Source: Candidatus Pacearchaeota archaeon (GTDB lineage: Archaea; Nanobdellota; Nanobdellia; Pacearchaeales; UBA284). From it: 32,000 nucleotides of DNA. The stretch spans positions 180,001-212,000 of the forward strand of contig CP061211.1 in assembly GCA_026016245.1 (NCBI GenBank). Reading direction: 5' to 3'. Positions 1 to 8,760 of the stretch are shown here, piece after piece. Every line of letters starts with the position of its first letter. The stretch's first letter is position 1. The translations under genes were made by a program, and so were the position numbers. Below the pieces are notes generated by a model. It saw only the letters and a list, made by a program, of their open reading frames with translations, had not been told where the DNA came from and did not search any database.

Positions 1-33
1 AAAAGTAGAGGAGAAAAAGGAAGAGGCTAAGTA
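1..33 (+). CDS. 3' end of an upstream gene, Lys/Glu-rich C-terminal tail (KVEEKKEEAK*)
   Basis: Open frame from base 1 reading aaa gta gag gag aaa aag gaa gag gct aag taa. Confidence 0.5.
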
Positions 34-89
34 ATTCTTGTAATTTAAAAGTAGTAAAATTTATAAGTAAGAAAGATTATCTTATTTCT

Positions 90-371
90 ATGGCAATGTA
101 CTATTCATTTATCTATAAAGTAGAAGGTCTTGAAGGAAAATACTTTTTAGACCATCGTTATGGAAAGAAAGGAGTTGCAGATTTTTTTAATTTGAAAGAA
201 AGAAGAAAGGAAATTGAACAGATAGCATGTGTTATTAATTCTGATGATCATTTTAATGAATTAGAAGATATAGTTTTGAGAGCTACAAAAGGTGAAATTA
301 ATGAAGAACAGCTAAGAAAAATGATCAAATTCATTCAAAATAAAATAGAACCTTTAAACCCAAAAAAATAA
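90..371 (+). CDS. Hypothetical protein, 93 aa
   Basis: ORF with ATG start, preceded by a TATA-like aaatttataag at about 57-66, and immediately followed by the next ORF. Confidence 0.6.
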   Translation: MAMYYSFIYKVEGLEGKYFLDHRYGKKGVADFFNLKERRKEIEQIACVINSDDHFNELEDIVLRATKGEINEEQLRKMIKFIQNKIEPLNPKK

Positions 372-372
372 A

Positions 373-1050
373 ATGGCATTAGTACCTTTGATATTATATT
401 TATTTTCGCAATTAATTTCTCCATTTCCCGGAGGACATCAGTATACAGTAAAAGAATATTATCCTGATTCTGATTCAGTTAAAGCTGTTAAAATTCTCAG
501 AAATTATAAAAATAGAATGGAATGTGATTTTGTTACAGGACAGGCCACTCTTATAGTTGTGGATAATAATAAAGATATAAACCCAGATCAGTTATTTGTT
601 TTAAGTAGGATAGGCAAAGGAGCAGCTGCCCAATATATACGCCCACAAGAACAAAAAGATGATTTTGAAGCTAGTAAAAAATTTATGCAAGAATTGTACA
701 ATGATTATTATTATAATAAAGATAATACGCAAAAAAATAGAATTCCCGAATTTAGTTTGATGCCTGATGGAGGTTATCAATTTATAATATATGAGGATGA
801 TGGAATTAAAATGCTAAGAAGTTTTGATAAAACCAATTCTGCAGAAGGTTGGTCTTTGAAAGATGACACTACTTTTGTTGTTTTAGATCAAGGTAGAGAT
901 GGGAAACCAGAGTATGCAATAAAGATTGTGAATGGAAATGGAGAATATTATACTTTATCAAAACCAGAAAATTTTGAGGAAAGATATAAATCAGAGGATC
1001 TAATGAAAAAACTTTATAGAGAAGATAAAAAAGCAAGAGGGATTAAGTAA
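373..1050 (+). CDS. Hypothetical protein, 225 aa, with hydrophobic N-terminus (possible signal/anchor)
   Basis: ORF starts 1 nt after the previous stop. N-terminus is MALVPLILYLFSQLISPFPGG. Confidence 0.65.
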   Translation: MALVPLILYLFSQLISPFPGGHQYTVKEYYPDSDSVKAVKILRNYKNRMECDFVTGQATLIVVDNNKDINPDQLFVLSRIGKGAAAQYIRPQEQKDDFEASKKFMQELYNDYYYNKDNTQKNRIPEFSLMPDGGYQFIIYEDDGIKMLRSFDKTNSAEGWSLKDDTTFVVLDQGRDGKPEYAIKIVNGNGEYYTLSKPENFEERYKSEDLMKKLYREDKKARGIK

Positions 1051-1081
1051 GATTTAAAAGTTTGAATTCTCTTTTTGTTTA

Positions 1082-2311
1082 GTGGTAGATAATAAGAATA
1101 AACAACCAGAATTGAATATTGGTTTAGTTGGACATATTGATCATGGTAAAACTACTCTACTTTATCAACTTACAGGGGTATGGAGTGATAAGCATAGTGA
1201 GGAATTGAAAAGAGGTATTACAATTAAGTTAGGTTATGCTGATTCTTTGATTAGAAAATGTGAAAAGTGTGGCAAGTTTACAACAAAGCCTGTTTGTGAA
1301 TGTGGTGGCAAAGTTTCTGAAATAAGGTATGTTAGTTTTGTTGATGCTCCTGGTCATGAAATGTTAATGGCAACTATGTTAGGAGGGGCTGCTATTATTG
1401 ATGCTGCCTTACTTGTCATAGCTGCTAATGAACCTTTTCCACAACCTCAGACAAAAGAACATCTACTTGCTCTAGAAGCTAAAGGAATTAGTCAAGTAAT
1501 AATTGTTCAGAATAAGCTTGATTTAATTACAAAAGAGGAAGCCAAGAAACAGTATGATGCAGTAAAGAAATTCATTAAAGGAACTATTGCTGAAAATGCC
1601 ACCATAATTCCTATTTGTGCTCAGCAAGGAATTAATATAGGGGCTTTACTTGAGGCTGTAACAAAATTAAAAATTCCTGAGCATGATACAATAAGCAAAC
1701 CTTTGTTCCTTATAGCTAGAAGTTTTGATGTTAACAAGCCAGGAACTAAACCAAAAGATCTCAGTGGGGGTATTCTTGGAGGCTCGCTTAAAAAAGGTAA
1801 ATTAAAGATTGGAGATATAATTGAAATTAAACCAGGACTGGCGAAAAAGAAACATGATAAAACTGAATATTATGCTATTAAGACAAAAATTACTGGACTT
1901 AGAGCTGGAGTAAACAAACTTAGCGAGGCTTTACCTTCTGGAAGCTTGGCAATTCAAACATCTCTTGATCCGCTGTTAGCAAAAGCAGACAGTCTTGCAG
2001 GATGTGTTGCTGGTTTAGAAGGAACATTGCCTGAACTCGCTTACAAGATAAAGATAAAGATAAATCTGTTCAAAGAAATTGTTGGGGCTAAGGCAAAAGA
2101 GGCTATAAAAATTGAGCAGCTCAAAACAAATGAAAATCTTTTATTGAGTGTGAATACAACCACAACTGTTGGTCTGATTACAAGTATTCATAATAATACT
2201 ACTGAAATCGCTTTGAAAATTCCTATTGTTTCTTTTCCTGGAGACAGAATTGGAATAGCAAGGAATTACCAAGGTCACTGGAGATTAATAGGTTGGGGTG
2301 AAATTCAATAA
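1082..2311 (+). CDS. eif2g: Translation initiation factor aIF2 subunit gamma (GTG start)
   Basis: G1 motif GHIDHGKTTL, G3 DAPGHE, NKLD, a zinc-knuckle CEKCGKF..CECGG, and overall eIF2-gamma organisation. Confidence 0.95.
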   Translation: MVDNKNKQPELNIGLVGHIDHGKTTLLYQLTGVWSDKHSEELKRGITIKLGYADSLIRKCEKCGKFTTKPVCECGGKVSEIRYVSFVDAPGHEMLMATMLGGAAIIDAALLVIAANEPFPQPQTKEHLLALEAKGISQVIIVQNKLDLITKEEAKKQYDAVKKFIKGTIAENATIIPICAQQGINIGALLEAVTKLKIPEHDTISKPLFLIARSFDVNKPGTKPKDLSGGILGGSLKKGKLKIGDIIEIKPGLAKKKHDKTEYYAIKTKITGLRAGVNKLSEALPSGSLAIQTSLDPLLAKADSLAGCVAGLEGTLPELAYKIKIKINLFKEIVGAKAKEAIKIEQLKTNENLLLSVNTTTTVGLITSIHNNTTEIALKIPIVSFPGDRIGIARNYQGHWRLIGWGEIQ

Positions 2312-2341
2312 TATTTTTAAAGGATTTTTGTTTCTAAAATT

Positions 2342-2944
2342 TTGGCTAAGATGGGAAAAAGAAAGAAAAGAAGGAAGGATTTAGAAAGAAAAAAAGTTAT
2401 GTTGCCAAAGTCAGCCTATAATCTAATCATCGCAGAAGCAACAGAGGCTTGGAAAAAAGAGATATTTGGTGTGATAGGGGGGAGAGGTAAGAATGTTTAT
2501 TATGTCAAAGAAGTTTTTACTAGTCAAACAGCAGATAAAAAATATGCTAGTGTTGAATGTTTTGGATACAGGGAAGCAAGATTGAAAGATTCTATAGAAA
2601 GATCTGGGGATATATTCATAGGAGATTATCATTCTCATACTGATCATCACGGTTCACGTAAAGATTGGGGTTTAAGTGATTTAGATAAAGAATGGCTTAA
2701 AGAACATCCAGAATATTTTTCTATTGTTATTTGTTTAGAAGAGGTTTGTAGTCTTCATGATTATTTGAGAATGCATGATAGAGCAATAATTGGTCCAAGT
2801 ACAGCGAGAGATAGAGAGAGTCTAAATATTGTGCATAAATTGAGAACTGCTCTTAGAGGGTATTATTATGATGAAAAAAGAAAATTATTTCTCAAAACAG
2901 ATATAGTGCCTACAAATGGCCTTGGAGATCTTTTAATAAATTAA
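2342..2944 (+). CDS. JAMM/MPN+ (JAB1/Mov34) metalloprotease-like protein
   Basis: HSH followed by SDLD (GDYHSHTDHHGSRKDWGLSDLD) matches the H-x-H...S-x2-D JAMM zinc motif. Confidence 0.75.
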   Translation: MAKMGKRKKRRKDLERKKVMLPKSAYNLIIAEATEAWKKEIFGVIGGRGKNVYYVKEVFTSQTADKKYASVECFGYREARLKDSIERSGDIFIGDYHSHTDHHGSRKDWGLSDLDKEWLKEHPEYFSIVICLEEVCSLHDYLRMHDRAIIGPSTARDRESLNIVHKLRTALRGYYYDEKRKLFLKTDIVPTNGLGDLLIN

Positions 2945-2945
2945 A

Positions 2946-3257
2946 ATGCTAACTTGTAAATTATGTGAAAAACCTGCAAAATCTGTTATAATAACTTACG
3001 AACCCCCTGTTAATAATATGAAAAATCCTGAAATTTCTATTGATAATGTGGCTTGTTTGGGTCATGAGATTAGGTGCTGGTATAATAAAACATATGCGCT
3101 TGAAGATGGTAGAGAGGCTGCTATATTTCCCTTGATACCATCAATCATTGATTATATTCCTGATTCATATCCTAAAATAAAAGAGGAATTGAGAAGAATA
3201 GTGGAATTATCTTCTTCTGATAGGTCTATTCAACATTACAAAACCAAACAAGAATAA
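2946..3257 (+). CDS. Small protein with N-terminal CxxC (MLTCKLCEK), unknown function
   Basis: ORF follows the JAMM gene with 1 nt spacing. Its 3' end overlaps lgt on the opposite strand by about 50 nt. Confidence 0.5.
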   Translation: MLTCKLCEKPAKSVIITYEPPVNNMKNPEISIDNVACLGHEIRCWYNKTYALEDGREAAIFPLIPSIIDYIPDSYPKIKEELRRIVELSSSDRSIQHYKTKQE

Positions 3258-3986
3258 AACAACAACAATCCACTGACTGAGAGCTAATCCTAAAAAATAA
3301 TTTTCATATTCTCGCAAAAAGTCATTGAGGAATCTGAAAAAAGAGTAAAACATTAAAAAGGAAAAAAATAATGCCCCTGGTTTCTTTAGCAAGGATTTAA
3401 ATTTTGTCTCCTTTCCTTTTTCTTTTATATTTTTGAATTTAAGAAGAACAAAAAATCCAATCAAACTATATAGGAGCTCATAAATCTGTGTTGGATGTCT
3501 TGGAATATTTCCTGGAACTTGTATTGCCCAGGGAAGTGAGGAAGGCAAACCATAACAACACCAATTTAAGAAGCAACCAATCCTTGTAATGGCCATAGCA
3601 AGAAGAATGTAAGGGGCAACAAGATCTAGGATTTGTGTAAATTTTATATCTCTTTGTTTTCTAACATAAAGCCACACAAACAAAACTCCTAAAAAAGCTC
3701 CATAACTTGTTTCACCACCTTTCCACAATTCAAAAATTTGCCCTGGACTAGCAAGAAAATAAGAAAGATGCTCAAAAATATAGAATAAACGAGGACCAAT
3801 AATAGCTCCGATAAGAATAAGGAGGGCAATAATATAAATATGCTTTTCATCTATTCCTTTTTTCTTAGCTTCTTTAAAAATTAAAAACATAGCAGCTAAA
3901 AAGCCTGTAACAAACATGACACCCCAAGGAAGAATAGAAAAAGGTCCTATTTGTAAGAAAGCTTTTACTGGTTCGAAGGGAATCAT
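3207..3986 (-). CDS. lgt: Prolipoprotein diacylglyceryl transferase (Lgt family)
   Basis: Multi-TM protein with GGxxxYGAFLG, RIGCFLNWCCYGLPS and HPTQIYEL motifs characteristic of Lgt. Confidence 0.9.
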   Translation of the reverse strand: MIPFEPVKAFLQIGPFSILPWGVMFVTGFLAAMFLIFKEAKKKGIDEKHIYIIALLILIGAIIGPRLFYIFEHLSYFLASPGQIFELWKGGETSYGAFLGVLFVWLYVRKQRDIKFTQILDLVAPYILLAMAITRIGCFLNWCCYGLPSSLPWAIQVPGNIPRHPTQIYELLYSLIGFFVLLKFKNIKEKGKETKFKSLLKKPGALFFSFLMFYSFFRFLNDFLREYENYFLGLALSQWIVVVLFLFGFVMLNRPIRRR

Positions 3987-4052
3987 GAAAAAATTAAAGA
4001 AAAATAAGTTAAATATTTTCTTCTACCACTAAAGAATAGTAACAAATAGAAA

Positions 4053-4061
4053 GCTTTATAA
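4053..4061 (+). promoter_or_regulatory. Putative TATA box for the 4092-6746 gene cluster
   Basis: ctttataag about 30 nt upstream of the first ATG in the divergent lgt/4092 intergenic region. Confidence 0.4.
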
Positions 4062-4091
4062 GTTTGAAATGTCTATATTTTTTGTGGTAAA

Positions 4092-4550
4092 ATGGCAAAA
4101 ATAGATTTAGATAATATGAATTATACAGACTTAAGAAATAAAGATATAAGAGTAAGATATATTTCTCGCTTAAGAACTTGCCATAGCCCAGAAAAAAGAG
4201 AAGAAGGTTTTAGAAAATTAATAAAATTTTATTTATCAGGAGGAAATTTAGGAATGACTGCTTATTGTTATGAGTTATTAGGATCATTAAATAAGGCCTG
4301 TAAATATTGGGCTAAAAATGCCAGTAAAAGAATACGCTCAAGAAAAATAGGAGATTTTTCAGATCTTGACATGGATATTGATATTGCTTTAACTCATCCA
4401 GATGATATCAACAAAACAGACATGAACATTATGATAAATTTCTTAGAAAAAAATAAAGATAGAGATATCCATACTAAATTCATATATAAAAAAGCCAATA
4501 AAATATATAAAGCAAAATCAAGAAGAAGAAAGAAAAATGTCAGAAAATAA
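4092..4550 (+). CDS. Hypothetical protein, 152 aa, basic C-terminus
   Basis: ORF overlapping the next gene by 14 nt, preceded by a TATA-like element. Confidence 0.65.
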   Translation: MAKIDLDNMNYTDLRNKDIRVRYISRLRTCHSPEKREEGFRKLIKFYLSGGNLGMTAYCYELLGSLNKACKYWAKNASKRIRSRKIGDFSDLDMDIDIALTHPDDINKTDMNIMINFLEKNKDRDIHTKFIYKKANKIYKAKSRRRKKNVRK

Positions 4551-5700
4551 TAGATTTAAGAAAGAAATAGAAGATGTTTATGAACTTATGGATACAGCTA
4601 AAAGATATCCTAAAGAAGATTCTATTTTCTTTGGAACTGATCCTGTTTTTAATGCCATATATTTCTGTGGTAAAGCTAAAGACATTATAGAAAACTCTTC
4701 TTGCAAAGAAAAACATGATAATCCAAGCCCTGTTCTAGCAAAGCATTTTGGAATAAATGTGGAAAGTTCTGAAGAGCTAGAGAAGGAATATGGATATAAA
4801 AACAATAGGGAAATGATCAAGCATCTAGGATTACATTCACTTTATGAATACATATTAAGGTTTGATGAAAATGGTGGCTTGAAAAATAAAGCTAGATTAA
4901 TTTTAGATATGAAGAATGAAAAAAATGACATTACTCTAAGAGAACTTGTTAAGGATTGTCTTGGTTTTGATGATTCTGATCTTGTTAAGTATGCTGAAAA
5001 TCAGTTAAAGCAGAATGGCAAGCAAGTTGTGAATCTTGTTGAGAAGATGTATGGATTAAGACAAATTGAAAAATATAAAATTGGTCTTCTTAGAAATTAT
5101 TATTCTGCCCTCGAATATTTAAAAGAATTAGGAAAAAAACTTGATCCAGAAGGCAGGAAGAGATTTAGGATAAAAAATAAAGAAATAAGTGATGATTTTT
5201 TTGACAACATTGCTTTAGATTATGCATTACATGGATTGGATTTTAGAATTAAAGGACTACAGAATGATGATTTAAGAAAAAGAATTAAATTTTTCAGTAA
5301 TCCTGGAATAGGGGATTATGATCTTCTTGAAGATTTTATTGAACAAAAAGGAGAAAATTCAATAAAAAAGTATAATTGTAGTAATGATTTATTTGTAGAT
5401 CCAAAAACAAAGCTTGAGATTGATGGCAAGATTATTGAGAAAGAGGAAGATAAGTTTGCTGATTTTATAACAGGGATTCATAAAAAGAGATTCAAGAAAA
5501 CTTTTGAAGCAGTTAGAAATGAGAATGAGACAGATTTCAAGCAATATTCAGAAAAATTAACAGATGTAGCTTTAAAATATAGTGAGATTTTAGGCAAAGA
5601 TTATTTAAAGGAAAAACAGGAAGAAGCAAAAGAAATAATTGATGAAAAGAAAGAGTGGATATCAGAGCAAATAGAGAAAGATAAAAAGAAAATAAAATGA
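4537..5700 (+). CDS. Hypothetical helical protein, 387 aa
   Basis: Long ORF overlapping neighbours on both sides, with a Lys/Glu-rich coiled-coil-like C-terminus. No family recognised. Confidence 0.7.
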   Translation: MSENNRFKKEIEDVYELMDTAKRYPKEDSIFFGTDPVFNAIYFCGKAKDIIENSSCKEKHDNPSPVLAKHFGINVESSEELEKEYGYKNNREMIKHLGLHSLYEYILRFDENGGLKNKARLILDMKNEKNDITLRELVKDCLGFDDSDLVKYAENQLKQNGKQVVNLVEKMYGLRQIEKYKIGLLRNYYSALEYLKELGKKLDPEGRKRFRIKNKEISDDFFDNIALDYALHGLDFRIKGLQNDDLRKRIKFFSNPGIGDYDLLEDFIEQKGENSIKKYNCSNDLFVDPKTKLEIDGKIIEKEEDKFADFITGIHKKRFKKTFEAVRNENETDFKQYSEKLTDVALKYSEILGKDYLKEKQEEAKEIIDEKKEWISEQIEKDKKKIK

Positions 5701-6746
5701 AAATATTATACACAACAGATCCTCATGAAGATATTGCCATGCTTCAAGAAGCTGGAAAGTTTGGTTTAGAACAGAAAGTAGATTTATGGCTTGCAGGTGG
5801 CGATTTTATAGATATTCCTTGGAATTTACAAGAAAGTCATGATAGGTATAAGAAAGCAGTGAACGAACTTTTAAGAATAAGAGAACAAAGAAAATTTAAT
5901 GGTTCTTTAGAAGAACTTGCATTGGAAGTTGCAGAACAAAATGTATCCTCAGGTTTGAAGCAGATTGGTGAAGACTACATCGCTATGACTGGTGTTGCAA
6001 AAAATAACATGAAAGAAAGGTATAAAAAGATGGTTAAGGTTTTTGATGAGATAGATATTCCTTCTAAAACTCTGCCTGGAAATTATGATAATAATGAATT
6101 GATGAATGAAATATTTGAAAACAGCTTGCATCTAAATAAAGAAGAATTAAAACTGAATGATTCTAAGTTAACAATCGCTGGCTACGGCGGAGCTCCAGAA
6201 TGGCCTAGCTGGATTCCTCACAATTTGATTGTTCCTTTTAATGAAGAAATACATTATGATAAAAAAGGTAATGTAGTTGGAGGAAGATCAGAAGCAGTAG
6301 ATTTTTTCAGGAAAAATAAATCAGACATTATAATAACTCACACACATCCACAATCTATTTTAGATTATATCCTAAATGGAATGGGAAAAGTTGAAGGAAG
6401 TAATAGAAGTGCAGGAGGTAGTTTTGGTTTAAGAGTTTATCTTAATGAAATTCAAGAAGATAAAAACCCTTCATTCTTATGGCTTTGTGGCCATATGCAT
6501 ACAAGTAATATAAATAAAGGAGCAAAGAAGTGTGGAAAAACTGTTGTAATAAACCCAGGAAGCCTTAGTAGATATAGAGGAGCTATCAAGGGTGCTGGTA
6601 CTTTTGCTATTATAGACACAGAAAATAAAAAATTTGAAAAAGCAATTATTTATGCTGTAAGTGACAAAGAAAATGAAAGAATATTTCCAATAGAAGAATA
6701 TTACATCACTGATAGAGGTTTTAATAAATTGGAATTATTGTGTTAA
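5697..6746 (+). CDS. Calcineurin-like metallophosphoesterase
   Basis: DPHED, GGDFID, PGNYD (variant of GNHD), THTH and GHMHTSN motifs, and a VINPGSL motif. Confidence 0.85.
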   Translation: MKILYTTDPHEDIAMLQEAGKFGLEQKVDLWLAGGDFIDIPWNLQESHDRYKKAVNELLRIREQRKFNGSLEELALEVAEQNVSSGLKQIGEDYIAMTGVAKNNMKERYKKMVKVFDEIDIPSKTLPGNYDNNELMNEIFENSLHLNKEELKLNDSKLTIAGYGGAPEWPSWIPHNLIVPFNEEIHYDKKGNVVGGRSEAVDFFRKNKSDIIITHTHPQSILDYILNGMGKVEGSNRSAGGSFGLRVYLNEIQEDKNPSFLWLCGHMHTSNINKGAKKCGKTVVINPGSLSRYRGAIKGAGTFAIIDTENKKFEKAIIYAVSDKENERIFPIEEYYITDRGFNKLELLC

Positions 6747-6793
6747 AAGATATTGAAAAATAAAGAAAGAAAATAAGAAATCTTAACGAAACA

Positions 6794-6801
6794 TTTATAA
6801 A
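6794..6801 (+). promoter_or_regulatory. Putative TATA box for the rRNA transcript
   Basis: tttataaa about 150 nt upstream of the 16S 5' end. Confidence 0.5.
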
Positions 6802-6836
6802 TTTCTTTTGCTCGTGTAAATTATTAAAATGAAACC

Positions 6837-6899
6837 GAATGAGTGCCTTAATAATGGTCATATTAAGATTAAGGTATGATGTTGTAAGGGCAATCATTC
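6837..6899 (+). other. Potential stem-loop in the rRNA leader
   Basis: gaatga-g-tgc-c-tta pairs with taag-ggca-a-tcattc. Inner ttaat/attaa segments can also pair. Confidence 0.4.
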
Positions 6900-6952
6900 A
6901 GTGATTTTTCTCGACGATTCTTTATTTTTAGGTCGGTAATGCGGTTCTTCAA

Positions 6953-8394
<1,442 letters not shown>

Positions 8395-8447
8395 AAAAAT
8401 ATAAAAATATTTTTCGTCGTTAAATACTAAACAGAGAGGGTGAAGAA

Positions 8448-8457
8448 AATTTATAAA
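8448..8457 (+). promoter_or_regulatory. Putative internal TATA box upstream of tRNA-Ala/23S
   Basis: aatttataaa about 25-30 nt before the tRNA 5' end. Confidence 0.4.
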
Positions 8458-8479
8458 CTAAAATTTCATGACTATCATA

Positions 8480-8600
8480 GGGCCCGTAGTCCAGTGGTAG
8501 AACGCTGCCCTTGCAACAAATAAATCTTTTAGAAAAAAAGATTTAACCAAGAGAAAAGCAAGAAAGGCAGAGGTCCCGTGTTCGAATCACGGCGGGTCCA
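8480..8600 (+). tRNA. tRNA-Ala (anticodon TGC) with a 49-nt intron at position 37/38 (exons about 8480-8515 and 8565-8600)
   Basis: Acceptor GGGCCCG/CGGGTCC; T arm GTTCGAATC; anticodon stem CTGCC/GGCAG. Intron 8516-8564 contains an internal hairpin taaatctttt/aaaagattta, and a BHB-like pairing cttgc/gcaag flanked by 3-nt bulges. Confidence 0.93.
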
Positions 8601-8685
8601 TTTGTCTTTTATAATATTCATCAATTGTAAGGCTACGTTGGAAACGTGGCATTCTGGAAAAATTTATTGGTGAAAAGATGAAGCT

Positions 8686-8701
8686 CTCTAGCTAGCTAGA
8701 G
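8686..8701 (+). repeat. Perfect 16-nt palindrome in the tRNA-23S spacer
   Basis: ctctagctagctagag equals its own reverse complement. Confidence 0.7.
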
Positions 8702-8760
8702 GGTGGATGTTGATTCATGATGAAAATGAAACACCATAGTAAGTAGCCTTCCCAGAGTTT

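Noticed and set aside
2423-2650. Minus-strand ORF of 75 aa inside the JAMM gene, and similar nested ORFs (4578-4820, 5949-6131, 16814-17032, 17967-18173, 18795-18986, 20265-20594, 21398-21757, 26209-26424, 26650-26967, 28152-28355, 28276-28536, 29230-29457, 30105-30335, 30649-30918, 15832-16017, 23003-23188)
   Set aside because: All overlap confidently identified or better-supported genes on the other strand or in another frame.
8516-8564. Possibility that the tRNA interruption is an insertion element or a degenerate tRNA
   Set aside because: The canonical 37/38 position, BHB-compatible pairing and otherwise intact cloverleaf fit a normal archaeal intron.
8700-8760. Possible C/D box sRNA in the tRNA-23S spacer (atgatga C-box-like sequence at about 8717-8723)
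   Set aside because: No convincing D box (CTGA) or C'/D' pair follows at the right spacing. The region is better explained as the 23S processing stem.
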